DNA from: a virus
Lineage: Duplodnaviria > Caudoviricetes
Length of the DNA stretch: 64,000 nucleotides
Virus record (IMG/VR): IMGVR_UViG_3300032116_022045
Strand: one strand, 5' to 3'
The notes below the pieces were generated by a model, which saw only the letters and a program-made list of their open reading frames with translations, did not search any database and was not told the origin of the DNA. This document shows, piece after piece, positions 27,318 through 38,552 of the stretch (its first letter is position 1; each line of letters starts with the position of its first letter). The translations under genes and the position numbers were made by a program.

Positions 27318-27959
27318 TCACCAAATTCCCATTTTTTTCATGTAGCCTATACAAGCACAGTATGCATCACTAACATCAAAATTCTCTTTTTTAAGTTTGT
27401 TGTTTTTATCTAAAAACCATTTTATCTGTGGTTCTAATTCACATACTTTTTCAAATATAACCATTTTTTTATCTACGTTGTAGTCATACGCACCAAATAA
27501 AACTGGTTCATTTTTAGCTATTTGTTTTTCAGTCAATGGTGTACCATCTTTTTTAAATTTTCTAATACCCATAAGTTCTGGAAAACCAAATTTTCTAGCA
27601 TCATAAGACGAAATGAAATCTGGTACAATCCCTAAAACATCAAAAACAGATTTAGATATCATCCCATTAAATCTTAATAATGTTGCAATAGTATATACGT
27701 TATTAGATTGTAATAATGGTTCTTCAATGATAACTCTAGTTATACCAAAATCTTTATATTTGATTAAAAATTCTTCATTAAACACCTCAACTTTTTTAAA
27801 CAATTCCTCCATTTTATTTGTCGGTTTTGGTTTAATATTAGGTGTCACATGATGTAATAATTTAAGTTCTCCACTGTTACCATTATCTTGAAATAATGCA
27901 ATACCGATAGTACTTGTACTTACATCTAACGATAAAATGAATTTTGGTTTGTTATCCAT
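27318..27959 (-). CDS. RuvC-like Holliday junction resolvase
   Basis: LSLDVSTSTIG, IIEEP, DVSDAY (D-E-D-D). Confidence 0.8.
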   Translation of the reverse strand: MDNKPKFILSLDVSTSTIGIALFQDNGNSGELKLLHHVTPNIKPKPTNKMEELFKKVEVFNEEFLIKYKDFGITRVIIEEPLLQSNNVYTIATLLRFNGMISKSVFDVLGIVPDFISSYDARKFGFPELMGIRKFKKDGTPLTEKQIAKNEPVLFGAYDYNVDKKMVIFEKVCELEPQIKWFLDKNNKLKKENFDVSDAYCACIGYMKKMGIW

Positions 27960-28015
27960 AATAATTAATATACTTTAATTATTATGTTAATTAAAAAATA
28001 ACAAAAATAAAGACT

Positions 28016-29218
28016 TTATAGATTAATTTTTATATTAAATGCTAAGAATTCATTAACATTTTTTGTTACATGTCTATCAGTCTTTGCAATCGCAATGATA
28101 TTACCAACATTGTCATACAATAACACCTCACTTATTCTTGGTGTATCACTTGATTTAAATGTAGGATTTGTTGACGTTCCAAATTCACCTCTACCAGCAA
28201 TACATGTGATATTTTGAAATACTGTTGTTGAAACACTATTAAATGTTACTGATACACCTGTTGATGTTCCAGTATTATAATTATTTACTATTGTTGGGTC
28301 AGTTATAACTAAAAATCCTTTATCTAAATAAGCAACACCAACAATAGTATCCGCACTTAAACCTAAATTAGGGTTATCTTGAATGTTAAATAATTTTTTA
28401 TTTGCTAATGTAAATGGTTTTACTTGACCAAAACCTGTTGCCCAACTTAAAGTTGCATCACCACCGTTTGGTTTTTTAATCGTGTCAGAAAATAAAAAAG
28501 CTATATTATTACCTATTTTTGTTGATACTACAGATGTTTCAATATAGTTAGCATCTTCAACATTTAGTGATGTACTTTTATTTTGGAATGTGCTATAAAT
28601 AGTATAAGTACCAGCTGATGTAGGTAATTCTAATTTTATTTGTTTACCATCTAATAATTCACCATAGTTTGAATTGTTTATACCTAACACAACTATGTTT
28701 GTTTGTGCTAAACCACTGTATGCTGTATCAGAAAAACCACCATTTGCAAATGTTGTGCCAGTAAAATTAGCGTCTTGTGTTTGATTTAATGGTAAACCAA
28801 ATGAATAAAATAAATTAACTAATGGGTCTGTTGTGTAGTTATTTCTATTTATAACATTTTGTGAAATGTTATTACCAGTAATAGTTACTTGTCCATTAGA
28901 CTTAATCTCATTAATAATAGTTGTAGATTGTGATTCTACAGGCTTTATTAATGACCCACTTGGATTAGCAATCAAAAAACTCCTTATAGGCGGATTAGTT
29001 GTTGTACTATTACTAATTGAACCATTTGTACCAACATTACCAGAATCAGCTGGTATTTGTCCTGTTTCCAATAATACAGGTACGTTATAATTAGCATCTG
29101 AATCACCAAAACTAAATGATGTTATTAGTGAGTTATTATTAGATATTAATTTTGACCTGCCTATTGGTGTTAATTTAGCAGTTAATGTTGTTGTTGTTGC
29201 GGTACTATTGAATCCCAT
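28016..29218 (-). CDS. Virion structural protein (tail-collar/baseplate-like N- and C-terminal motifs)
   Basis: LTPIGR...FSFGDSD.NY N-terminus; ISEV.LYD..GNIIAIAK C-terminus; T/S/N/G-rich. Confidence 0.55.
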   Translation of the reverse strand: MGFNSTATTTTLTAKLTPIGRSKLISNNNSLITSFSFGDSDANYNVPVLLETGQIPADSGNVGTNGSISNSTTTNPPIRSFLIANPSGSLIKPVESQSTTIINEIKSNGQVTITGNNISQNVINRNNYTTDPLVNLFYSFGLPLNQTQDANFTGTTFANGGFSDTAYSGLAQTNIVVLGINNSNYGELLDGKQIKLELPTSAGTYTIYSTFQNKSTSLNVEDANYIETSVVSTKIGNNIAFLFSDTIKKPNGGDATLSWATGFGQVKPFTLANKKLFNIQDNPNLGLSADTIVGVAYLDKGFLVITDPTIVNNYNTGTSTGVSVTFNSVSTTVFQNITCIAGRGEFGTSTNPTFKSSDTPRISEVLLYDNVGNIIAIAKTDRHVTKNVNEFLAFNIKINL

Positions 29219-29250
29219 TTTTTATTTTATTTTATTTATTTTTTTATTTT

Positions 29251-31392
29251 TTAAAAATCCATACTTAATTCTAACATAATAGTATTAGCAGGTATTAATT
29301 TAACTGGATTACTAACTTTACCTATACATACTAAATTAAAATCAGAATCGTACACGCCAACTTCTGTTAATCTAATAGTAGCTGGATTAGTAGTTAAATC
29401 TTTACTTCTTGTTGGATTTGTTGTTGTGTTAAATACATTAGAATCAACACGTATATCAAATATTGTTTTATAAATTGATGCACCAATATATGTTTGAATA
29501 TTACCATAGAAAAATCTTTCATCACCAAATTGTAAAAGACTTGGTTGATTGGTATTTGGCATATTTAAAATATTTATTAAATTAAATTGTGATGATGCTG
29601 TATCTCTACCTTTCGTTAAAACAAAATCATTTGTTAAAGGGTTTTGATTTTCTAATGATACTGGGTTTATAGTTTCACCACTATTAGTTGTTATTGCTGT
29701 TGATGTATAATCATATACTTTCCATGCATTAGGGTCTGGTCTAGTGGTTGATGCTGAAACAATTTGATATACTAATTTAAACTTATCAGCATAAAAACCA
29801 AGTCCGTCATATCCAACAAGTTCTTTCTTTCTCATGTATGGTAATTCATCAACTTGATTTATCCTAAATTGTATGTCTTTAGCACTTGGTGTGTTATTTG
29901 TTACTTTAACATAATTTTGACAAGGTAAACTTGTTGTTAAACCAGTTGATAAACTATTTTCTAAAATATATGTTAAATATATCGTTTGATTTGATAACAA
30001 CACACCAGTTGATGTTCCACCACTTGGTGATACAATATTAGCAGCTAGGTTAGGTAATGTCCAATTTCTATTTGATTTGTAAGATATCGCTGAAACTATT
30101 TCATCATCATGTATTACAATCATTTTTAATTGTGGTAATACTTTACCAACAACCATTGGTGTTGCACCTGTTGATGAAATAAGTGAAGGTTCTTCAATTA
30201 AATCTATATATTCAATATCACTTGTACCGATATATTTTGTAGCACCTGAAGCAATAAATGTCATACCCATTGTTGTACCACTACCTGTTGAGAAATTTCT
30301 TCTGTGGTACATTAAATCTGGCATAATTACTTTGACTATTTTATTATTGGTTGCATCAACATATAAAAATTCACCATATAAGTTAGAAATAGAGTTATTT
30401 GTGAAATGTATGATAGACACTGATTTAGAAACGTCATCTGGATAACTAATACCAGGTCCATTACAATTAAAAGTCTCAGTATTACCACTAGAATCACATA
30501 AATATTCCAAATAAGGGTTCTTAGTACCCAAATAAGGGTATGACCCAAAACTTGTGTATTGTTCGTTAGGTGTAGGGTCTCCAGTTACCATACCTGCTAA
30601 ACTTTCACACCAAACATTATTCATATTCCAAACTGGCACATCATGACATGTTACATTTACAGAAGAATTAAATGATAATGTTCCAGAATCCCAATATGAT
30701 GTTGTATTACCTGTAGCAATCGTATCATAAACTTCACCACCCTTATATGCAATAATATATGAGCTAGCCGAATCACCAGAATAATTTGGTAAATTTCTAT
30801 CTAATACTAATGTACTACCACTTATACTTTGAACTTTATACCATAAATTTGGTATTGGTGTGGTTGTATTTGAACCAGCAATAGAACCAGTTGTACCGTT
30901 TGATAATCTTAATAATATTACATCTCCAACACTTATATTTGATACTGAACCAGTTAAAGTTAATGAAGTTGAACCACTTAAATTTGAGTTTGGAATAAGC
31001 TGATTATTAGATGTATAACCAGATGTCAATATAGTGGTGTTACTTGATGCACCACTAAAAAAACCTCTTTCTGTTGCTTCATTATTAACAACTGCTTTAA
31101 CAACACTTAAATTAGATGAATTAATTGGTTGATAAGGTGTTGCTGAATTATTAGGTGATATAAAATATTTTATATTTGGTTGTCTATCAAATGGTCTTAA
31201 AACTTTACTACTTGCAGATAAAGTTACATCATTAGGGTTAGCATCTACAATGGCTTCTCTTTCATAATTTATTTCTGAATCCCCTATTGCCCAATAAGAA
31301 AAATTTAATTTACCCATTGATAATTTTTCACGACCTTTTTCAGTTAGTTTTATGCTAACAAATGGACTGTTTGTATTAATAATATAACTCAT
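29251..31392 (-). CDS. Virion structural protein (paralogue of 28016..29218)
   Basis: LTEKGR...WAIGDSE.NY; LTEVGVYD...LVCIGK; ATATTTAT at 31419-31426. Confidence 0.55.
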   Translation of the reverse strand: MSYIINTNSPFVSIKLTEKGREKLSMGKLNFSYWAIGDSEINYEREAIVDANPNDVTLSASSKVLRPFDRQPNIKYFISPNNSATPYQPINSSNLSVVKAVVNNEATERGFFSGASSNTTILTSGYTSNNQLIPNSNLSGSTSLTLTGSVSNISVGDVILLRLSNGTTGSIAGSNTTTPIPNLWYKVQSISGSTLVLDRNLPNYSGDSASSYIIAYKGGEVYDTIATGNTTSYWDSGTLSFNSSVNVTCHDVPVWNMNNVWCESLAGMVTGDPTPNEQYTSFGSYPYLGTKNPYLEYLCDSSGNTETFNCNGPGISYPDDVSKSVSIIHFTNNSISNLYGEFLYVDATNNKIVKVIMPDLMYHRRNFSTGSGTTMGMTFIASGATKYIGTSDIEYIDLIEEPSLISSTGATPMVVGKVLPQLKMIVIHDDEIVSAISYKSNRNWTLPNLAANIVSPSGGTSTGVLLSNQTIYLTYILENSLSTGLTTSLPCQNYVKVTNNTPSAKDIQFRINQVDELPYMRKKELVGYDGLGFYADKFKLVYQIVSASTTRPDPNAWKVYDYTSTAITTNSGETINPVSLENQNPLTNDFVLTKGRDTASSQFNLINILNMPNTNQPSLLQFGDERFFYGNIQTYIGASIYKTIFDIRVDSNVFNTTTNPTRSKDLTTNPATIRLTEVGVYDSDFNLVCIGKVSNPVKLIPANTIMLELSMDF

Positions 31393-31441
31393 ATCTTTTC
31401 TTTTATTAAAATTTATTTATAAATATGTTCTTGTAAACAAT

Positions 31442-32866
31442 TTAGTAAGAATTTATTGAATTAGTTGCGATTGTTATCGGTATTGTATCGCTATATTCAA
31501 TACTTGTTATTATATCACCACATATTGTTTCATAGTTTTTTGTATTTTTAACTCTATAATACAATTTTGTACCAACATCACCACTAGCTATAAAACTATC
31601 ACTATATAGTGTTGTTCCGACAATATATTGTGTATTACCAGTAGAATAGAAAGTATTAAATGAAGTTCCAGTACTAACTTGTAAACTAAATGTACCAGCA
31701 GTTGTTTGTGGCGGTGTATTAATTTCCCATGAAACTGTTGGGTTGTTTGTTATTAAATCATTAACAACACTCATAAATGGAAAATAAACAATAGTGATTA
31801 TATCACCAATCATAACATCTCCATTAAGAATTATTCTTTTTGGATTTGTTGTTGATTGATAATAATCAACATTATTTGCTAATGTTACACCATTTATCAT
31901 TACAATGATTGTGTTAGGATTAAGTGGTGTTACTGTAGTGTATATTTCATATTTACCAGTTGTTGTATTAAAATAAGGGTTATTTGACCCTTGATTATTT
32001 GTTGAACCACTGGTAATTGTTGTTGTAACATTGATAATATCGTGTGAAAATTTACCAACCACACTATTTGTATAAATTACAGTTACAATATCATCTTCAT
32101 ATGTTTCACCACTTAGTGTTATAACATTACCTGTGAATGTGTAATCTAAATTTGGTGCTAATGTTAACCCGTTTAATGTAACAATAAAATCATTAAAATA
32201 TGGTGCACCAATAACAAATTCAGTTTGTCCTGATTGTGGTATTATCACTTGCTGTGTTAATTGACCAGGTGTTAATGTGTTATCGCTATTATTTATTATA
32301 ACTGGTTTATCAGCTACTTTCATCGCTATAAAATAAAAATCTAAATCTTTATTATATAGGTTATATTGTTGACCAATTTTATTAATAGAAGTATCAATTG
32401 TTTTACCTAATTTATTTAAAAAAGTTGTACAACTAGGGAAATCATAATAACCCTTTATTAGATACTCACCATCTAATGTTAATGCAGATACTGGTATATT
32501 TTGTAATGTTGTATTAGTTGCACTAAAAGATGGATAAGATAAATTATCTGATTTATAAACTGGTGGTAATAAAAAAGCTAAGTTATTTTTATTGTATTTA
32601 TATATTTCATATTTAAATGTCGCAGTATTTGCGGTGAATGTGTCAGTATTTGCAGTAAAATTAAAAGTTAATGGTATTGTTGTTGCTGTACTGATAACAT
32701 AAGATGTACCTGTAACACCACTACAATCTATTTTTGATGCCCCACTAATAGTAAATTGTGGTGCATTAAAAATACAAATATCAGAACTCATATTAACATT
32801 TAATAAGTCTCTATTCCTAGCACCGCTATGGGCATTTTGTATGTATATTAATTCTTGATATCTCAT
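31442..32866 (-). CDS. Virion structural protein with two beta-sandwich repeats
   Basis: Two V.(L/I)NG.TL....DY.......I.L.G.....D.I(V/T).Y units. Confidence 0.55.
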   Translation of the reverse strand: MRYQELIYIQNAHSGARNRDLLNVNMSSDICIFNAPQFTISGASKIDCSGVTGTSYVISTATTIPLTFNFTANTDTFTANTATFKYEIYKYNKNNLAFLLPPVYKSDNLSYPSFSATNTTLQNIPVSALTLDGEYLIKGYYDFPSCTTFLNKLGKTIDTSINKIGQQYNLYNKDLDFYFIAMKVADKPVIINNSDNTLTPGQLTQQVIIPQSGQTEFVIGAPYFNDFIVTLNGLTLAPNLDYTFTGNVITLSGETYEDDIVTVIYTNSVVGKFSHDIINVTTTITSGSTNNQGSNNPYFNTTTGKYEIYTTVTPLNPNTIIVMINGVTLANNVDYYQSTTNPKRIILNGDVMIGDIITIVYFPFMSVVNDLITNNPTVSWEINTPPQTTAGTFSLQVSTGTSFNTFYSTGNTQYIVGTTLYSDSFIASGDVGTKLYYRVKNTKNYETICGDIITSIEYSDTIPITIATNSINSY

Positions 32867-33108
32867 TAATAATCTATTGTTATATTGATTACTGGTATGT
32901 TATATTGATTTTTTAGTCCAAACTCTATTGGTTTTTCTAATAAATATATCTGTTCTGTTTTTGAAAAATTTTGTAGAAATGCCTCAAGTCCATATATGTT
33001 TATATAATCCTCTTTTTGTAAATCAGATGTTATTGATTTAACATATTTTACATTGCTATTATGGTTATCATAAAACTTAGCTTCAATACTTTTAATTAAC
33101 GTAGGCAT
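32866..33108 (-). CDS. Hypothetical protein
   Basis: 80 aa, abuts both neighbours. Confidence 0.6.
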   Translation of the reverse strand: MPTLIKSIEAKFYDNHNSNVKYVKSITSDLQKEDYINIYGLEAFLQNFSKTEQIYLLEKPIEFGLKNQYNIPVINITIDY

Positions 33109-33109
33109 A

Positions 33110-35869
33110 TTAAATTATTTCAAAATCTTTAGTTATTTTACAACAAGCACTATCTGTTATTGTCACGCTATGTATACCACCAATATTAAATGTTGTCGTA
33201 CTATCTGTTGAGCCATTACTCCATTGATAAGTAACTGGTGCCGTTGCATTTATTAAATTTAAACTAGCGTTAAAACCATTAAGTATTACTGTTGCGTTTA
33301 AATCACAATTAGTTATCACTTGTTGGTTTTTAGAACATTCAGCAAAATCATTAAAGGTTTCACCATTATCAGTATTTTCATTACCTATAATTGAAACAGT
33401 ACCAATAAATTCAGAACCATGATTCATCTGAGCTAAACATATTTCTGTACAAACACTTTTTATATCATTATCAACAGTGTCTCCAGTTAAATTAATATTT
33501 GTTGTTATTACTTCTATATTATTTTTACATTGACCATTTGGTTTATTTATTGGGCTTAATACATTTGGTAATATATTAGTGTAAGGGTTTTTACATAACA
33601 ATGAACTATATGACCTATATTTAAATTTTTGTTGGTCAAAGATTGAATTTTTATAAACTTTTACACTACCCCATATTGTTGTTGATGGTACAACTTGTTC
33701 AACTATATCAAACCAATAACCATTAATTAATTCAGTAAATTTATCAATTGATACATAATTAAAGGCTGAACTTTTTGTTGAACAATAATTCAAACTATTT
33801 AAATACCTATCATATAATGCTTTTATTGTAGGGTAAGCTGATATTGTTTGTCTATTTTTAGCATCTATTAATTCAGTTGCTAATACATTAACAAATTCTT
33901 CAACACTAGTTGTTGATGATAATGGTGTTGATAATAAACTATTAAAATCTATTTTATTATCACCACAACACAATGGTGGGAATAAACCGTCATCAGTTTG
34001 AGAAAACGGTATTGGGTCCATAGAAGCATCAAAAGGAGCACAACTTGATGTTGTTATACCATCTACATCTATTGGTGGGCAACTAGTATAACATGAATTA
34101 CAATTAGTCACACCAGTTAATATACATGGATTATCCAATGTATAGCACCAAACATCAGTTTCTATTGCTGATGCTATATCTATATTTAAGTCTATTTCTT
34201 TAGTGTTAATTACTAATCTTTCATCATTGACATCATAATTTGTTTGTCTTATACTATTTGTATCGTCAATATCAGAAATTTTAAAGTTTCTATTTACTCT
34301 AGTTGTATTATTTAACCAAGACTTTTTATTATCTATTACTTTTTCTAATTCAAAACCAGGACATTTAGTTACAAATATTTCCGTTTTTTCAATTATTTGA
34401 CAAACTTTATCAAGTTTTATGTTATCAATTAAAATACATACATCACCACAAGTATGATTTATTTTTAAACCTACTTTTATTTTCTTATTAGCTATTAAAC
34501 TAATAACATTAGGGTCATTAATAATGGTTGAAAAAGATAACCAATTTGATGTAAAAGCACTATTTGATAAAGTATTTTTAAATGTGTTAAATCCATTTGT
34601 TGTTCCACTTAAACCAGATTGTGCATATAATGTTTGAATAATATTGTTAATTACTAAATTACATGATGTGTCATTTGCATAATTAAGACCTGATGGGTCT
34701 GGTATTAATTTTAAATTAAAAGGTTTGCATGATTGTCCACCACAAACATAAAAGCCGCTATTTGGATTATTTAACAAATAAGAGTATAATAATCCACTAC
34801 CAATTTCTGGGAATAAATTAGTATCTTCATAAGCTGTTTGTAAAACATTATTAGAATCAACATATTCTAATGTCATAGACACATTTAACCCTTCAAACAT
34901 ATCAATAGGGTTTGTACAAGATATCTCTGTATTTTCAGCTAATTCGTTTTCTAATTCAATTAATTCTGACTCTAATGTTGTTAATGTTTCATCACATATT
35001 TTTTTGTTTATTTCTAATAACTCTTTTTGTTTTATTAAATAATATTTTGTATTAAATGGTACTTCACATTCATATACTAAATTAGCATTAGTTGAATTAT
35101 TTTGTGATAATAAATTTGTAACATCATTACAATCAAAAGAATTTTGGTCACCATTTAAAAATGCTTGAAATCTAACAGTACCTAAAATATTTTCCCAAGC
35201 AGTTAATCCATCAGGGTCTGTTAAACAAAAAAGTTTTGTATTTAAACTTTGTTTTAGATTGCAAAAAATTGAATATGGTGTATTAGTTATTTGTGTTGTA
35301 ACTATATCTATTTCATTTTGGATTGATTCACATAATGCTTTTTGATTTTCAATCTCTGTGTTTTTTTGATTTATATCATTTTTTATTTGTGTTGATAATG
35401 AATTTTGTGTGTTATTTTGATTTAGAAAACTAGCTAAAGTTTCACATTTTATTTTAAACAAATAATCAAAATCAACTTTAACAAAGCAATTATCAGTTTC
35501 ACCCAATTCAAAAATACTACCATCATTACCAATTGGATTTAACACTATTTTAAAAGTGTTTTCTATACTACAAGGTGGTTTATCAGCCCATAAACATTTT
35601 TGTGTTTCTTTGTCAAAAACATATCCGTTTTTTAATCTTGTACAACAATATTCATTTAAAATATATGGTACTAAACCACTAGTATTCCCAATAGGATTAA
35701 CTACAAAAACACTAACAGTACCATCTGAATTTTCTTTTATTTGACCACCATTGGTTAGAATTTCTTTTTCGCTTAAACATTTAGGTAAATTAATAAAATC
35801 CACACTGACATCAGAAGAATCACCAATACCTATTTCACCATTTATGTCTAAATTTATATCTAAACCCAT
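33110..35869 (-). CDS. Cys-rich virion structural protein with C-terminal SprB-like repeat
   Basis: 919 aa; ends ATAPVTYQWSNG...GIHSVTITDSACC. Confidence 0.55.
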   Translation of the reverse strand: MGLDINLDINGEIGIGDSSDVSVDFINLPKCLSEKEILTNGGQIKENSDGTVSVFVVNPIGNTSGLVPYILNEYCCTRLKNGYVFDKETQKCLWADKPPCSIENTFKIVLNPIGNDGSIFELGETDNCFVKVDFDYLFKIKCETLASFLNQNNTQNSLSTQIKNDINQKNTEIENQKALCESIQNEIDIVTTQITNTPYSIFCNLKQSLNTKLFCLTDPDGLTAWENILGTVRFQAFLNGDQNSFDCNDVTNLLSQNNSTNANLVYECEVPFNTKYYLIKQKELLEINKKICDETLTTLESELIELENELAENTEISCTNPIDMFEGLNVSMTLEYVDSNNVLQTAYEDTNLFPEIGSGLLYSYLLNNPNSGFYVCGGQSCKPFNLKLIPDPSGLNYANDTSCNLVINNIIQTLYAQSGLSGTTNGFNTFKNTLSNSAFTSNWLSFSTIINDPNVISLIANKKIKVGLKINHTCGDVCILIDNIKLDKVCQIIEKTEIFVTKCPGFELEKVIDNKKSWLNNTTRVNRNFKISDIDDTNSIRQTNYDVNDERLVINTKEIDLNIDIASAIETDVWCYTLDNPCILTGVTNCNSCYTSCPPIDVDGITTSSCAPFDASMDPIPFSQTDDGLFPPLCCGDNKIDFNSLLSTPLSSTTSVEEFVNVLATELIDAKNRQTISAYPTIKALYDRYLNSLNYCSTKSSAFNYVSIDKFTELINGYWFDIVEQVVPSTTIWGSVKVYKNSIFDQQKFKYRSYSSLLCKNPYTNILPNVLSPINKPNGQCKNNIEVITTNINLTGDTVDNDIKSVCTEICLAQMNHGSEFIGTVSIIGNENTDNGETFNDFAECSKNQQVITNCDLNATVILNGFNASLNLINATAPVTYQWSNGSTDSTTTFNIGGIHSVTITDSACCKITKDFEII

Positions 35870-35890
35870 TTTTTATATATAATTATTTAA

Positions 35891-38545
35891 TTATTTTGTT
35901 TTTAACTCAGATTCGTCACATTTTATTTTACCAATATTTCTTTGAAAATAAATGTTGCTTATTTGACCATAAATACCTAATTGTAAATCTTGTAACCCTT
36001 TGTCTGTTAATTGACAAGCATACCCTATTTGACCTGTATATGGGTCTTTTATATTTGGTACAGGGATTGTATATGGTGATACACAATTACAACCATCTGG
36101 TGTTACTATAGCTTGTGAACCATCTTCAGTTGTGAATTGTAAGAAATTCCTAGGTATCTGTGTTTGAGTTACTGGACCAGAAACATATGGATTCATATTT
36201 ACTTTCCATTTACAAGCTAATGTACAACCACATTTACCAGTACTATCACAACAATAATAACCAGTATTTATAACTATATTGTTAAAATATTCTTTATTTA
36301 AAACTGGTGTTCCATTGTTTGATTTACAACATTCTTGTGTTGTATATTTTGTGTTATTAGTAATAAATTTTCCGTTATTATCAATTAAATAATTACCATT
36401 AATATCTTTTTGATAATATGAAAAATTTAAAAAACCTGTGTTATCTGAAGAAGGTTTACCAAATATATCAGGACACACATTTAAATTACCATTATCTGGG
36501 TTAGGATTTTTTTCCAAACAAAGACTTAAAACATTATCTGGACCAATATCTTTACAACCACATTCTGTTAATTTTAAATCATAATTAGGGTCTTGAATGA
36601 TACTTGGTTTAAAAATAACACAATCTTCAATTGCAGCACCAAATTCATCAAATATATCTACATTTGTTACTGTTTGTGCAGTTAAAGAATTATTATCAAA
36701 TGTACCATCTTCATAATTTTCATATAAATTTGTTACGTTTTCTGTTACAGTTATTGAACTTAATATTGTTGGTACAAAATTAGGTATTAAACACCTAAAC
36801 TGGTCAATATATCTAGAACCACCATCATATGGACCTAAATGCGGATTATTACCAGTTAAAATATCTATTGTTGCACCACTACCACCAGTTTCTCTATACC
36901 ATAAACCATAGTTTTGGAAATACATATCTGGTGTGTCTGGTAAAGTTCTAGGATAACCATTAGAATCTATCGGATATATAGATAAATCTAAATCTAAATT
37001 ATTTTTACTTAATACTTGTAAAAATAAATCAATATCTATTGGTGCTGTTGCTCTATATATATGTTCATTAAATTTAATTAAACCATTTGGGGTTCCAATA
37101 AAATTTAATAAAAATTCTATAGATTTTCTACTACCTTTTGATTTCCAAAGCCATGGTGAATTTAATATTATTCTTCTCCATAATTCAATATCATATTCAA
37201 CAGGTGTTAAACCATATGTTTGACCAGAAAATGATGATACTGGTGTGTTAATGTAATTCATTAATAAATCGTTTTCAACAACTGATGAAACCAATTCCCA
37301 TCCTAATACTCTAGCAATATTTTTTAAATAGATATCTGGTGTGTTATCCATTTTATTATATGTTACAGTATTCGCATACTTTATACCAGTAATATAATTA
37401 TTTATTTTATCATATGAAGCACCATATATTTGAAGTGTTTTATTCATTTTTTGACCAGTTTCATCATGGTCAATATTTGTAACATATATTGGTGAAGTAT
37501 CAAATGCGGTTATTGATTCAGCGACCAAAAACCTGTTCATTAAATCACTATTATTTATATCATTGTTTTTTGCTATATCTAATAACCTTGTGGCATAATA
37601 AACATATTCTGTTGTATCAAAATCAATATTATATCCATCACTTACTGGCCATGTTACACTATCAGTAAAATACAATATAATACCATTTTCAGTCTTAACT
37701 GGAAATGAAAATGTAGCCGTATATAAAGGTACTACTGAACGATTTAATAGATAAGCCTCAAGTTCTGGTAATGTGTTAAAAAAGCTATCATATTTAATCT
37801 TATTAGGTTTTATATGATATGTTGGGTAGGCATTTGTTAAACCAGAAAACGGATTACCTTTTACCTTAAAATATATTGAATCATTTTTTACATTAGTAGA
37901 ACCCGTAAAGTTTAAAATATCATATTCTTGGTTTTGATAAAAAATATTATAAGATAAATAATTAATATTTAAATTTCTTAAATTATTTTGTTGGTTTGTG
38001 TTATTTGTATAGTTAATACCAAATTTATTTACTAATGTATTTGTATTTACCTTAAATGTTGATGTTTCACTTAAAACATCATAAGTATAATTTTCTATTG
38101 TAAAACCAATTTGTTCACTACCAAAGATATCAATAAAAATAGGGTTTGCATATAAAGAAGCTGGCCAATTTAATATAATATTTTCTAATGAAACTCTTAC
38201 ATATTCAGTTAAAGAACCAAACAAAGCATAATAATTTAGATTTCTTTTATCTAAATTTAAATAAGCTTTTTCATTATCATTTATTATAGTTGGTGCTGTT
38301 TGTTGTGTAACACTTAATGTATTTAAAGTATAATAATTAGAAAATTTATTAGTTAAAAAAAACTTATTGTTTTTAGGCTCTAAATTTGTTGTTAAACTAA
38401 AATTACCAAATGTTAATAATGGTGTGCTACCTATACTTGTGGTTTGTAAACCAACTAAGTCAGGTGAAAAATTACGATACTCTATACCATTATCGTATAT
38501 TACCTTTTGCGCATAACCTACTACTTTTATTTTACTAGTTGACAT
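35891..38545 (-). CDS. Baseplate wedge-like protein (P2 gpI/T4 gp7-like motif)
   Basis: YLKNIARVLGWEL...WRRI...WLWKSKGSRKSIEFLL. Confidence 0.6.
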   Translation of the reverse strand: MSTSKIKVVGYAQKVIYDNGIEYRNFSPDLVGLQTTSIGSTPLLTFGNFSLTTNLEPKNNKFFLTNKFSNYYTLNTLSVTQQTAPTIINDNEKAYLNLDKRNLNYYALFGSLTEYVRVSLENIILNWPASLYANPIFIDIFGSEQIGFTIENYTYDVLSETSTFKVNTNTLVNKFGINYTNNTNQQNNLRNLNINYLSYNIFYQNQEYDILNFTGSTNVKNDSIYFKVKGNPFSGLTNAYPTYHIKPNKIKYDSFFNTLPELEAYLLNRSVVPLYTATFSFPVKTENGIILYFTDSVTWPVSDGYNIDFDTTEYVYYATRLLDIAKNNDINNSDLMNRFLVAESITAFDTSPIYVTNIDHDETGQKMNKTLQIYGASYDKINNYITGIKYANTVTYNKMDNTPDIYLKNIARVLGWELVSSVVENDLLMNYINTPVSSFSGQTYGLTPVEYDIELWRRIILNSPWLWKSKGSRKSIEFLLNFIGTPNGLIKFNEHIYRATAPIDIDLFLQVLSKNNLDLDLSIYPIDSNGYPRTLPDTPDMYFQNYGLWYRETGGSGATIDILTGNNPHLGPYDGGSRYIDQFRCLIPNFVPTILSSITVTENVTNLYENYEDGTFDNNSLTAQTVTNVDIFDEFGAAIEDCVIFKPSIIQDPNYDLKLTECGCKDIGPDNVLSLCLEKNPNPDNGNLNVCPDIFGKPSSDNTGFLNFSYYQKDINGNYLIDNNGKFITNNTKYTTQECCKSNNGTPVLNKEYFNNIVINTGYYCCDSTGKCGCTLACKWKVNMNPYVSGPVTQTQIPRNFLQFTTEDGSQAIVTPDGCNCVSPYTIPVPNIKDPYTGQIGYACQLTDKGLQDLQLGIYGQISNIYFQRNIGKIKCDESELKTK

Positions 38546-38552
38546 TTATATT

